Assembly: GCA_963816145.1 (NCBI GenBank)
Contig: CAWFJP010000005.1
Span: forward strand, 192,001 to 256,000
Length of the DNA: 64,000 bases
Origin: an uncultured delta proteobacterium
Lineage (GTDB): Bacteria > Desulfobacterota > Binatia > UBA9968
Direction: 5' to 3'
The first letter of the stretch is position 1. Each line of letters begins with the position of its first letter. Below the pieces are notes generated by a model, which worked only from the letters and a program-made list of their open reading frames with translations, searched no databases and was not told the DNA's origin. The translations under genes and the position numbers were made by a program. Below are positions 49,022-59,307 of this stretch, in pieces.

Positions 49022-50008
49022 TTATCTGATCACGCGATCCGCCCGCGCCAGCACATTCGGCGGTATCGTTAGGCCGAGCTGGTTGGCGGTCTTGAGGTTG
49101 ACGAGGAATTCGAACTTCGTCGGCTGTTCGATGGGCAGATCGCTGGGGCTGGTGCCTTTAAGAATCTTGTCGACATGGTGCAGGGCGCGCTCCAGGGTTT
49201 CCGCCTGACTCGGCCCGTAGGCCATGAGCCCGCCATCTTCCACATACGGGGCATTTTCATACATTGCCGGCAAGCGATGTTTTGCCGCCAATTCGACAAC
49301 ATGTTTGCGATTGAGCTGGGTCAATGGGTCGGTGATGACAAACAGCGCATCGGGCCGCTTGCGCAACATCTCGGAAAAGACACCTTCGAAATCCTTGGGC
49401 TCGCGGATCGCCGAAGCTTGCACCGTTACCCGCAATCCCTGCGCCGCGCGTTCCAGTTCCCGGTATTTAAGGGTCATGCCAAAATCCGCGGCGTTCCAGA
49501 GTAGCGCCACCCGGGTCAACTTGGGGAAGGCTTCCTTCAATAGTTCGAGACGTTTGCCGCTCAGCTCCTCTTCGAACGCACTCACCCCGGTGATGTTGCC
49601 GCCCGGCCGGGCAAAGCTCGCGACGAGACCGGTAGCCACGGGATCCCCGGCGCCGGTAATTACGATGGGAATGGTTGTGGTTGCTTGCTTGGCCGCGATA
49701 GCGGCCGGATAGGACTGCGCGACAATCACGTCTAGAGGCTGGCGCACGAGGTCGGCGGCGAGTTCGCTCAGGCGGCCGATTTGGCCGTTCGAATAGCGAG
49801 CTTCGATGGCGATGTTTTGACCTTCCACGTAGCCCAACTTGCGCAAGCCTAGGTCAAGCGCTGTCGGCGACCCAGCCGGGGGCGAACCGCCCCCCGACAG
49901 TAGGCCTATCCGGAAAAACTTCTTCGGCTGCTGTGCCGTGGCTACGACTCCAAGTCCCAATAACGTCACAGTGATGACGATCAATCTAATGATGCCTTTC
50001 ATCGCCAC
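49022..50008 (-). CDS. ABC_sub_bind family substrate-binding protein, tandem paralog
   Basis: Same motifs; identical C-terminus LTIPPNVLARADRVIR. Confidence 0.93.
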   Translation of the reverse strand: MAMKGIIRLIVITVTLLGLGVVATAQQPKKFFRIGLLSGGGSPPAGSPTALDLGLRKLGYVEGQNIAIEARYSNGQIGRLSELAADLVRQPLDVIVAQSYPAAIAAKQATTTIPIVITGAGDPVATGLVASFARPGGNITGVSAFEEELSGKRLELLKEAFPKLTRVALLWNAADFGMTLKYRELERAAQGLRVTVQASAIREPKDFEGVFSEMLRKRPDALFVITDPLTQLNRKHVVELAAKHRLPAMYENAPYVEDGGLMAYGPSQAETLERALHHVDKILKGTSPSDLPIEQPTKFEFLVNLKTANQLGLTIPPNVLARADRVIR

Positions 50009-50475
50009 TCCTCTAAAACTTTTGACTGCGCGTAAAACTGAACTCGACTCTAATCTAAAGTCCGCGAATCTGCCGCAAAAAAAACCGCGAGGCGTGAAAC
50101 CGTTCGGGCGTGAAAAAAACGCATCGAGATTGACGCCGGAGCGGAGTCAGCCGAATCGCTTCAGTTGATCGATGCTATTTGCCGCTATGCTACCCGATCC
50201 GTAACGTTCAGGTGGCGCCGGCACGCCAGTAGTCTCACCTCCGACGGGTTCGTCCTGCCGAAATAATGATTACGCTATATGCTCGCAATAACGCAATGGT
50301 GAGGCCATCTGGCGCATGCCAGGGAGAAGAATCAGTCGCTTGATTTCATTGAGAAATCTCGCTGAGTCGAGTGCGACCGGCGGCGCTGAGTAAGGCGCCC
50401 GAGTAGCAATCTTGCTACACCGAGTAGTCGTTTTGCGACACCTGGGCGGGGCATTGTCGACGTTAAATCCGGATG

Positions 50476-50634
50476 TCTCCCGCAAAGGCGCAAAGGCGCT
50501 AAGTGACGGGCGGAGCCCGTCATCAGAAGCCGGGACGAGGGGATCTGAAAAAGATTTCTCCCATCGGTCGAAATGACATTTTAACTTCCCTTTGCGTCTT
50601 TGCGCCGTTGCGGGAGAAAATTCCGAATCCGAGA
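50476..50634. repeat. Composite palindrome: cgcaaaggcgcaaag arms enclosing a gtcat...agatttctc...gaaatgac element
   Basis: Outer arms related to 3094-3221; inner part related to 59098-59124. Confidence 0.8.
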
Positions 50635-50654
50635 ATCTTCGACTGCCGCCAATG

Positions 50655-50864
50655 CTAGAGGACTTGGAAGCCGGCTTTCAGCACGGCGCGCAAGAAGTCG
50701 TCGATATGAGCAAGGGCAGGGTCGAATTCGAGCACAGCGACGCTGCGCTCCAAGCTAAAGTCGATCTTGCTGACGCCCGGGACGGCTTGGAACGCTGTGC
50801 GCAGGGTCGGGAGATTTTCGGCGGTGAGATTGCCGATGGAGAGGATCGCGGTTTTTGTGCTCAT
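50655..50864 (-). CDS. Small HMA-like (ferredoxin-fold) protein lacking CxxC
   Basis: 69 aa; VPGVSKIDFSLE...AVLKAGFQV resembles the CopZ fold; no Cys. Confidence 0.6.
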   Translation of the reverse strand: MSTKTAILSIGNLTAENLPTLRTAFQAVPGVSKIDFSLERSVAVLEFDPALAHIDDFLRAVLKAGFQVL

Positions 50865-51091
50865 CGGAGTTTTCTTGTCGAAACTTTGACAAATCTGACA
50901 TGATTGCGCAATCACGCTGCTGCGTTTGGTGCGGCAAAATCGCTGTGAAATTTTCCGCTGCGGCAAAAATTTCTTGACGGATTGAATGAGGGTATGTGAA
51001 ACTATTTCCATCCAAACAATCTAACGTGCTTGTCATGCGCCGGGCTACTATTCGCCAGCCCCGGTGCAGATCTTCAGCTCAGGAGTAGATC

Positions 51092-51523
51092 ATGCCTTAC
51101 GATGTGGCCAAGCTGCTGACGCTTTCACAAGCCGAACTCGATAAGTTGTTCACCAACAGTCCGGTCGGGAACATTCCCAACGGTGAAGCCGAAGGCACTG
51201 CCATCGTCGCACCGGGCACGACCTATAGCGCCAACATTGCGAGCTTCATCAGTCACTTTGCCTGGCAGGGAAAAGTCTTCGACAACAATAAGGGCGTATT
51301 GAAGAATAAAATCCTGCCGTTCGGCCTCAACGCGATTCTCGCCAGGGTCTACAAAGGACCGAGTTGGCTCGACGGCAAAGAGTGCATCGTGCTCGACTAT
51401 TCGGATACGTCGATCGTCGCCCAGTGGATTCGCGACGAGATCCGCGAAATCGAACCGGGTCTTTATTTGGGGAAAGTCTACTGGAACAAGAGCCGGCTCA
51501 TCGATTTTGCGCTGAAATTTTAG
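51092..51523 (+). CDS. Hypothetical protein (143 aa), first gene of the cytochrome cluster
   Basis: AGGAG RBS; WQGKVF, SWLDGKECIVLDY, IRDEIRE and GLYLG segments; no signal peptide. Confidence 0.8.
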   Translation: MPYDVAKLLTLSQAELDKLFTNSPVGNIPNGEAEGTAIVAPGTTYSANIASFISHFAWQGKVFDNNKGVLKNKILPFGLNAILARVYKGPSWLDGKECIVLDYSDTSIVAQWIRDEIREIEPGLYLGKVYWNKSRLIDFALKF

Positions 51524-51645
51524 GTGCAGCGCGACAACCTGCCGGTTGCCGAACAGATGCAGTCGCTTTGCAGCAAGGCTGTGCCGCTGAAGCGAGTCAT
51601 CATTGGGGTGTGGTTGTGGATGGATACATTGGAGGCTGACGGCTC

Positions 51646-53166
51646 ATGGACAATAACCACTTGATGCCGGCGTCCCAACGGTTTTTTTACCGCCTCGGAA
51701 TCTTCGCTGTTATCTTATTCATTGCGGCGCTACTTACCGGCGCGCTTTTTCTCGGTCGTTTCGGCGCCGATACGCCGGTGGCGTACCGCGACGATGTCGA
51801 GCACTTCAAGTATGGCTCCCTTGGCAGTGAGCATGAGTTCGGCATCCCCTACTGGATCTGGCGCGCCCTGCCCGAGTTGTTTAACGACAAATTGCCGGGA
51901 AATAAGAATGGCTGGCGGTCGGTCGGCTTTGTCTTCGAAAAAGGTAAAACCCTGCCGGTTGGCATGTCGCAGCGCCGTTACCTCGGCTTCGACGTCGTTT
52001 GGCTCAATTGCGCTTTCTGTCACGCCGGCACGGTGCGCGAGACGCCGCAAAGCGAGCCGACAGTCTATGCCGCCATGCCGGCCAATACTTTCGACTTTCG
52101 CGGCTTCACGCGATTTCTTTTCGCCATCGGCGAAGATCGGCGCTTCACGCCGCAAGATATTTTGCGCCAGATCGACGTTATTCGAAAGCGCGAAGGGCTG
52201 GAACGGTTGCCGCTGGTCGACCGCCTGGTGCTGCGTTTTTACGGCATTTATTACATGCGCGAGCGGCTGTTGGCGCTGCGCGATCGCCTGGATTTCATCA
52301 AGCAACAGCCGGAATGGGGGCCGGGCCGGGTCGACACATTCAATCCGCTAAAAGCGTACTTTAACTTTCCGCCCGAGAAGCTTTCGCCGCGGGAAGTCAT
52401 CGGCACCACCGATTTCCCGTCGATCTGGAACCAAGGCCAGCGGGAAAACCTGAAAATGAATCTGCACTGGGACGGCAACAACGTCTCTCTTGAAGAGCGC
52501 AATCGCAGCGCGGCGATGGGCACCGGCATCACGCCGCCGACCGGCGATCGGCAGAGCTTGAAAAGGGTGGCTGATTGGTTGCGCAATCTCGCCGCGCCGC
52601 CCTATCCGTTCAAGATCGACAAAGAGCTCGCCGGGCAGGGCGCGCCGGTTTACAAAAACTACTGCGCCGGTTGCCACGGCGCCAGTGGCAAGGATTTCCG
52701 CGGCGAATATGCCGGGAAGGTCGTGCCGATCGGCGAGATCGGTACCGACGAGCACCGGCTCGACTCGTATACCTATGATGTCGCGGTCAATCAGAACATG
52801 ATTTTCGCCGGTTACGAGAACGAGCGATTTCGCCACTTTCGCAAAACCTTCGGCTATGCCAACAGCCCTCTCGACGGGCTGTGGCTGCGCGCGCCGTATT
52901 TGCACAATGGTTCGCTGCCGACGTTGCGCGACCTGCTCGAACCCAGCGACAAGCGGCCCAAGAGTTTTTATCGCGGATATGACGTCTACGATCAGAAGAA
53001 AGTCGGCTTTGTCGCCGATGTCGCCGAAGAGCGGGGCCGCCCCTATTTTCTTTACAAGACTGACGAGCCGGGTAATTCGAACAAAGGTCATGAGGGCAAG
53101 TCGTATGGCACCGAACTTTCGCCGGCGGAAAAAGACGCTTTGGTGGAGTATCTCAAGACCTTCTAG
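51646..53166 (+). CDS. Membrane-anchored di-heme cytochrome c, RoxA/MauG-motif type, paralog 1
   Basis: N-terminal TM; CAFCH, CAGCH, APYLHNGSLPTL and NKGHE. Confidence 0.88.
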   Translation: MDNNHLMPASQRFFYRLGIFAVILFIAALLTGALFLGRFGADTPVAYRDDVEHFKYGSLGSEHEFGIPYWIWRALPELFNDKLPGNKNGWRSVGFVFEKGKTLPVGMSQRRYLGFDVVWLNCAFCHAGTVRETPQSEPTVYAAMPANTFDFRGFTRFLFAIGEDRRFTPQDILRQIDVIRKREGLERLPLVDRLVLRFYGIYYMRERLLALRDRLDFIKQQPEWGPGRVDTFNPLKAYFNFPPEKLSPREVIGTTDFPSIWNQGQRENLKMNLHWDGNNVSLEERNRSAAMGTGITPPTGDRQSLKRVADWLRNLAAPPYPFKIDKELAGQGAPVYKNYCAGCHGASGKDFRGEYAGKVVPIGEIGTDEHRLDSYTYDVAVNQNMIFAGYENERFRHFRKTFGYANSPLDGLWLRAPYLHNGSLPTLRDLLEPSDKRPKSFYRGYDVYDQKKVGFVADVAEERGRPYFLYKTDEPGNSNKGHEGKSYGTELSPAEKDALVEYLKTF

Positions 53167-53206
53167 CGGCTTGTCCTATGGCGTGCCCGCGAAGTAGGGA
53201 GAAACT

Positions 53207-54670
53207 ATGGCTGATGCAGCGAAGATAAAGTCGTCTTGGAAGATCTGCGCGGCGGTGCTTGTCGTGCTGGCGGGTCTTGGCGCGGCGATTGGCTGGTACA
53301 AGTTTTTCCGCGAAGAGCCGCAGCCCGACTGGGTGACGGCGACTCCCGACATGCGTTTCAAGTATGGTTCCATCGGCGCGGAGAATGACGCCGGCATCCC
53401 GTATTGGATTTTCTTCGTGCTGCCGCGCATGTTTCCCGAAAAACTGCCGGGGCCGGGCGGTTACGCTTCTTTGGGAGTGGCATGGGAGCAGGGGCAAGAG
53501 TTGCCGATCGGCTTCACCAAGAAGGTCATCGGCTTCCCGCGAGTGGCCAACAACTGTGCCTCTTGCCACACCGCGAGTTATCGCAAGAGCGCCAATGAGA
53601 ATCCGATTTTTGTGCCCACCGGACCGAACCACACGCTGAATCTGCAGGCGTTCTTTCGCTTCGTCGTCGATTGCGCCAAAGACCCGCGCTTCAACGCCAA
53701 GGAGATCATGCGCGAAATCGCACTGGTCTACGATTTGCCGTTCCTGGATCGCCTGATGTACCGCTACATTCTCATTCCGATCACCAAGAAACGCTTGCTC
53801 GAACGGGAAGCGCAGTTCCAGTGGGTCTATCATAAGGATTTTCCCCAGTGGGGCCGGGGTCGCGACGACGCGATGAACCTGACCAAATATTTCCTGCTTA
53901 AAGCGCCGATGGACAACAGCATTGGCCCGACCGACATGCCGTCGGTGTGGAATCTCAAAAAATATCAGCCGGAAAAGGGCATGCTGATGAATCTGGCCGG
54001 CGACAGCCACGACGCGCGCTCGGTGATCATCGATTCCGCACTCGGTCTGCTCAGTGCCGCGCCGAAAAACCGTGACGAGTTTCTTAAGCAAGTGGATTGG
54101 TTGGTCAGCTATCTAAGTGAAATACAGGCACCGAAATATCCCTTTCCGATCAAGCAAGAACTGGTCGACGCCGGCAAGGCGGTCTTCGATCAGAACTGTG
54201 CAGCCTGCCACCGCAGCGAGCGCACCGGGAAGCGGGTGCCGGTGGAAGAAGTCGGCACCGACAAGGAACGGCTAGCCACCTGGAGCAAGCAGGCGGCGAT
54301 CGATTCGAACAAAATGGTGAAGAGTTTTGGCATCGAGAGAAAAGGTCTCGTCGAGGCCGAGCCGAGTGGTTACATTGCAGCTTTTCTCGACGGCATTTGG
54401 CTCCGTGCGCCTTATCTGCACAATGGTTCGGTGCCGACCCTGCGCGATATGCTCAAGCCGGCGGTCGAACGGCCCAAAGTTTTCTATCGCGGCTACAATG
54501 TTTACGATCCGGTAGATGTCGGTTTTGTCACCCAGGGAGCCGAAGCACAAAGGGTTGGGACTAAATACGATGTCAACGAGCGGGCCAGCAGTAATCAGGG
54601 TCATGAATATGGCACAGTCCTTTCGGTTAAGGACAAGGACGCTTTGATCGAATATTTGAAGACGCTGTGA
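53207..54670 (+). CDS. Membrane-anchored di-heme cytochrome c, RoxA/MauG-motif type, paralog 2
   Basis: N-terminal TM; CASCH, CAACH, APYLHNGSVPTL and NQGHEYG. Confidence 0.88.
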   Translation: MADAAKIKSSWKICAAVLVVLAGLGAAIGWYKFFREEPQPDWVTATPDMRFKYGSIGAENDAGIPYWIFFVLPRMFPEKLPGPGGYASLGVAWEQGQELPIGFTKKVIGFPRVANNCASCHTASYRKSANENPIFVPTGPNHTLNLQAFFRFVVDCAKDPRFNAKEIMREIALVYDLPFLDRLMYRYILIPITKKRLLEREAQFQWVYHKDFPQWGRGRDDAMNLTKYFLLKAPMDNSIGPTDMPSVWNLKKYQPEKGMLMNLAGDSHDARSVIIDSALGLLSAAPKNRDEFLKQVDWLVSYLSEIQAPKYPFPIKQELVDAGKAVFDQNCAACHRSERTGKRVPVEEVGTDKERLATWSKQAAIDSNKMVKSFGIERKGLVEAEPSGYIAAFLDGIWLRAPYLHNGSVPTLRDMLKPAVERPKVFYRGYNVYDPVDVGFVTQGAEAQRVGTKYDVNERASSNQGHEYGTVLSVKDKDALIEYLKTL

Positions 54671-54764
54671 CGCCGCGTGGCCGCAAAACCGCGCAGCGCT
54701 CGATCCCCGGTGATTAAAAACCGGTTGCGGTGGACCATCGAGATTTGACGAAGGAGCTCGGAGA

Positions 54765-57158
54765 ATGAAGTTACGATCGCCGGCCACTTTGATTATTTTA
54801 CTGGCCATTTTGGCTTTCACTGCGTGCAGCAAGAAAAAACCGGAGCCCGGTACGGTGAAGGACGAAGCGTTGTTGGCGGGACGCGATGCGAAAAGCTTTG
54901 CCGCCGCCGACGAAGATTATTTCAAACAGATGGATGGCGGTATCGACCTGACCGCCGATGAAGTCAAGGGCCGCAACAACTGGCTGGTCTGGAGCGGCGG
55001 CAATGACCGTTTCTGGGATCATCTGGTCAACAAAAGTTTCGGCGTGGTCGATCTACTGAAAATTATTTCCTCGCACCCCAAGTTGCCGCATCTGACGCGC
55101 GACAAGCGCTGGGAATATCTCGGTGTGATCAACGAGCCCTGCTTCGAAAAGGCCAAGGGACCGAACCCCGATCGTTTCGGCCTGTGGCTCGACGTTCGCA
55201 CTAAGGATTGCCCGGCGGACCCATTCGAAAACGAGCAAAAATATCCCGGTGTAAAAATCGGCGCGCGCGGCAAAGACATGCCGGTGGGTTCTTATTACGG
55301 GTACGCGACCGGGATTCTGGGCTTGCGTCTGTTTCCCAACCCGGATTTCGACGAAGCGGCGGCGAAGAAATGGGATCCGGAAAGATTTTACACCGACCCG
55401 AAATACTACAACGACAAGAATTTAGTGCGTCCGTACCGCGTCGGCATGTCGTGCGGCTTTTGCCATGTGGGCCCGAGCCCGGTCAAACCGCCGGAAGATC
55501 CGGAGAATCCCAAGTGGGAGAATATCAATTCCAATCCCGGCTCGCAGTATTTCTGGGTCGACCGGGTGCTGTTCTGGGAAAAAGACTCGAAGAATTTCAT
55601 TTATCAGTTGATTCACACCTCACTGCCGGGGACCCTCGATACGTCGTTTATCTCCTCCGATTACATCAACAACCCGCGCACCATGAACGCAGTCTATAAC
55701 GTCGGCGCGCGGTTGAAAATTGCCGAGCGTTGGGGAGAGGAGAAACTGGCCGGCGGCGGCCTCGATAACAAACAGTTCCAGCAATTCCAGCGCACTGCCG
55801 TGCTGCCGCAGTATTACAAAGAGCCGGACAAAGTCTGGACTACTCATGTGTTGAAAGACGGCGCCGATTCCGTCGGCATACTCGGAGCGTTGAACCGCGT
55901 CTATATTAATATCGGACTGTTCAGCGAGGAGTGGCTGCTCCATTTCAACGCGCTGGTGGGCGGTCAAAAGGTGTCGCCGATCAAAATCGCCGACGCCAAC
56001 AAGAACTCTAGTTACTGGAACGCCACTCAGGCGCAAACGCCGGATGTCGCGCTGTTCTTTCTCAAAACCGCCAGGCCGGACTTGCTGAAGGACGCGCCGG
56101 GCGGAGAACAGTATTTATCCAAGGATAAAGCGACACTTAATCGAGGCAAGGTCGTCTTCGCCGAGAACTGCGCGCGCTGCCATTCTAGCAAAATTCCCGA
56201 AGCGCCCGCGGGCGTCAACGATAAAATTTGGGATCAATACTGGGCCTGGACCAAGACTGACGATTTCAAAAAAAAGATGACCGAGATTGTATTGGCCGAC
56301 GATTTTCTCACCGACAACTATCTCTCCACCGAGCGGCGCATTCCGGTGACGCTGTTGCAGACCAACGCCTGCAGCCCGCTGGCGACTAATGCGCTCGGCG
56401 GCAATATCTGGGACAACTTCTCCTCGCAGAGTTATAAAGATCTGCCGTCGGTGGGCAAGATGACCGTGCACAATCCCATCGACGGCAGTCCCTGGCAGTA
56501 CGATATGCCGGCGGGCGGGCGCGGCTATACGCGGGTGCCGTCATTGATCAGCTTGTGGTCGACGGCGCCGTTTCTGCTGAACAATTCGGTGGGCAAGTTT
56601 AACCCCAGTCCATCGGTCGAAGGGCGCATGGATTCGTTCAACGATTCCATCGAAAAAATGCTCTGGCCCGAAAAGCGCGACAAGGATCCGATTCTCGGCG
56701 ACAAAGTGCCGGGCTTTATTTATCGCACCACGGAGACGAGCTACATCAAGATCGCGCCGGGATTTGTCTCGCCGCTATTAGAGAAAATGCTCAGCTGGGG
56801 CGGCTGGCTTAATCGTTGGTTCCCCTGGCTTTTCAGTGAAGAGGGCATCGAGATCGGTCCGATCCCGAAAGGGACACCGGTGAGTCTATTGACCAACATC
56901 GATCTCGATAGCAGCAAGCTCGACATCGCCAAGTTGCTGCTGAAGATCAAGGCCGATCTGAAAGCGGTCGAGGGCAAGAGTGAACAAGAAGCTGCGGAAG
57001 TATTCAAGGGATTGGCGCCGGACTTGTTGAAAGTCAGCAAGTGCCCCGACTTCGTGGTCAATAAGGGCCACTATTTTGGCACGGCGATGTCGAAAGAAGG
57101 GTCGGCGTTGAGCAACGACGACAAGCGCGCGCTAATCGAATTCTTGAAAACCTTTTAA
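54765..57158 (+). CDS. Large di-heme cytochrome c lipoprotein, divergent paralog 3
   Basis: LAFTAC lipobox; CGFCH, CARCH, APFLLNNSVG, NKGHYFG; ends ALIEFLKTF like paralogs 1 and 2. Confidence 0.85.
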   Translation: MKLRSPATLIILLAILAFTACSKKKPEPGTVKDEALLAGRDAKSFAAADEDYFKQMDGGIDLTADEVKGRNNWLVWSGGNDRFWDHLVNKSFGVVDLLKIISSHPKLPHLTRDKRWEYLGVINEPCFEKAKGPNPDRFGLWLDVRTKDCPADPFENEQKYPGVKIGARGKDMPVGSYYGYATGILGLRLFPNPDFDEAAAKKWDPERFYTDPKYYNDKNLVRPYRVGMSCGFCHVGPSPVKPPEDPENPKWENINSNPGSQYFWVDRVLFWEKDSKNFIYQLIHTSLPGTLDTSFISSDYINNPRTMNAVYNVGARLKIAERWGEEKLAGGGLDNKQFQQFQRTAVLPQYYKEPDKVWTTHVLKDGADSVGILGALNRVYINIGLFSEEWLLHFNALVGGQKVSPIKIADANKNSSYWNATQAQTPDVALFFLKTARPDLLKDAPGGEQYLSKDKATLNRGKVVFAENCARCHSSKIPEAPAGVNDKIWDQYWAWTKTDDFKKKMTEIVLADDFLTDNYLSTERRIPVTLLQTNACSPLATNALGGNIWDNFSSQSYKDLPSVGKMTVHNPIDGSPWQYDMPAGGRGYTRVPSLISLWSTAPFLLNNSVGKFNPSPSVEGRMDSFNDSIEKMLWPEKRDKDPILGDKVPGFIYRTTETSYIKIAPGFVSPLLEKMLSWGGWLNRWFPWLFSEEGIEIGPIPKGTPVSLLTNIDLDSSKLDIAKLLLKIKADLKAVEGKSEQEAAEVFKGLAPDLLKVSKCPDFVVNKGHYFGTAMSKEGSALSNDDKRALIEFLKTF

Positions 57159-57184
57159 CCGCTCTCTCGCGCACCTCCGTTCCC

Positions 57185-59038
57185 ATGTCCGAAGCCGCTG
57201 CCCCGCAACCCCAGTACGAATATATCGTCGTGGGTTCGGGAGCGGGCGGCGGCACGGTGGCGGCGCGCTTGGCCGAAGCGGGCCGCTCCGTGCTGCTGCT
57301 CGAAGCCGGCGGCGATCCTTGCGAGCTCACCGATTCGCGCTTGCCCGAAGACTACCAGGTTCCCGCGTTTCACGCTTTCGCCTCGGAGAATCCGGCGATA
57401 CGCTGGGATTTCTTCGTGCGTCATTACGCCGATGAGCAGCGCCAACAGAAAGATCGCAAGTACAGCCCTGACCGGGGCGGCGTTCTCTACCCGCGCGCCG
57501 GTACGCTCGGCGGTTGTACGGCGCACAACGCCATGATCTTCGTCTATCCGCAAAACCAGGACTGGGACGACATCGCGTCATTGACCGGCGACTCGTCGTG
57601 GCGGGCGGGCAACATGCGCCGCTACTTCGAGGTGCTTGAAGACTGCCGGCATCGGCCGTTGAAACGTTGGATCGCCCGTTGGACCGGCTTCAATCCAGCG
57701 CGTCATGGGTTCTCCGGTTGGCTCACCACCGAAGTACCGATGCCGATGGAATCTTTGGGCAACCGCCGCCTGCGCCAGGTATTGGAAGAACTGGTGATGG
57801 ATGCCTCGTTGCAGATCGGCGATCGATTGAAAAGATTGCGCAGCTTTTTCAAAACCCGTGGCGATCCTAACGATTGGCGCCAGGTTACGGCCCATCGGTC
57901 AGGGCTGCGTCTTGTGCCGCTGACGACCCGCGACCATATGCGGATCGGCAGCCGTGAGCGGGTATTGAGTGTGGCGAAAAAATTTCCCGATCGTCTCCAC
58001 GTCGAGTGTCACGCGCTGGCGACCCGGGTGCTGCTTGACGGTGACCTGCGGGCAACCGGGGTTGAATATCTCAAGGGCGAGCGGCTCTACCGGGCCCACG
58101 CCAATATCAGCGAAGCCGCAGGTGAAATCCACCAGGCGCGAGCAGGTCGTGAAGTGATTCTTTGCGGCGGCGCGTTTAACACGCCGCAATTGCTGATGCT
58201 TTCCGGCATCGGTCCGCGCGAGGAACTGGTTCGCCATCGCATCCCAACTCGCGTCGACCTCGCTGGCGTCGGCAAAAATCTCCAGGACCGTTACGAGGTC
58301 AGTGTCGTCAATCGCATGAAAGAGGACTGGCCGATGTTGACCGGCGCCAAATTCGCCAAAGGCGATGCCCAGTTTCAACAATGGCTAACGCGTAAGGAAG
58401 GCGTTTACACGACCAACGGCGACGTTCTGGCGCTGGTCAAGCAGTCGAAGCAGGACCGAATTCCCGACCTATTCTGCGCCGGACTGGTGGGCAATTTTCG
58501 CGGCTACTTCCCCGGCTACTCAAAATTGCTCGCCGAGCGGCAGAACTACTTGAGCTGGATTGTTCTTAAGGCGCGCACGCGCAATCTTGCCGGCACGGTG
58601 ACTTTGCAATCTGCCGATCCGCGCCAGCCGCCAAAGATCGATTTCCACTATTTCGACGAAGGCAGTGATGGCGAAGGCAAGGATTTGGCCGCCGTCGTCG
58701 AGGGGGTGCAATTTGTCCGAGCGATGACTCGGGATCTAAAGGAGCAAGGCTTGATTGCAGCCGAGGAGTTGCCCGGCGAGCAATATCAAACCGACGATCA
58801 GTTGCGAGAATTCGTGCGCGACAATGCCTGGGGCCATCATGCCTCGTGCAGCTGCGCCATCGGTCCGAGAGAAAAGGACGGCGTCCTGACCAGCGATTTC
58901 CTTGTGCATGGCACTCGGGGATTGCGCGTTGTCGACGCTTCGGTGTTTCCGCGCATTCCCGGGTTTTTTATCGTTAGTGCAATTTACATGATCGGCGAGA
59001 AGGCAGCGGAGGTGATCCTCGCCGGCGATAGGAATTGA
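57185..59038 (+). CDS. GMC family FAD oxidoreductase
   Basis: VGSGAGG, LGGCTAHNAM, GVGKNLQD, HHASCSC and GLRVVDASVFP. Confidence 0.93.
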   Translation: MSEAAAPQPQYEYIVVGSGAGGGTVAARLAEAGRSVLLLEAGGDPCELTDSRLPEDYQVPAFHAFASENPAIRWDFFVRHYADEQRQQKDRKYSPDRGGVLYPRAGTLGGCTAHNAMIFVYPQNQDWDDIASLTGDSSWRAGNMRRYFEVLEDCRHRPLKRWIARWTGFNPARHGFSGWLTTEVPMPMESLGNRRLRQVLEELVMDASLQIGDRLKRLRSFFKTRGDPNDWRQVTAHRSGLRLVPLTTRDHMRIGSRERVLSVAKKFPDRLHVECHALATRVLLDGDLRATGVEYLKGERLYRAHANISEAAGEIHQARAGREVILCGGAFNTPQLLMLSGIGPREELVRHRIPTRVDLAGVGKNLQDRYEVSVVNRMKEDWPMLTGAKFAKGDAQFQQWLTRKEGVYTTNGDVLALVKQSKQDRIPDLFCAGLVGNFRGYFPGYSKLLAERQNYLSWIVLKARTRNLAGTVTLQSADPRQPPKIDFHYFDEGSDGEGKDLAAVVEGVQFVRAMTRDLKEQGLIAAEELPGEQYQTDDQLREFVRDNAWGHHASCSCAIGPREKDGVLTSDFLVHGTRGLRVVDASVFPRIPGFFIVSAIYMIGEKAAEVILAGDRN

Positions 59039-59307
59039 TAGTTTCCCCGGTGTGCGTTTGGATTCGGGTCTGCTTCCGATTGCGCCCGCCAGTCGAAGAG
59101 ATTTCTCGCTTTGCTCGAAATGACATAGCCGGCGCAGCCGTCGAGCCGAACCCTTCGGCCGCGCTGACGATCGGCTTCGAGATGGAGCTGCCAGCGACCG
59201 CGACCTAACTTGACCGTTAGTTGTGAATTCTGTCTCGAGCCTGTATAGCTCGATTCAGAACTTCTACAGGCAGCGAATCAACGCACCATCGATTTCACTT
59301 CACCGTC

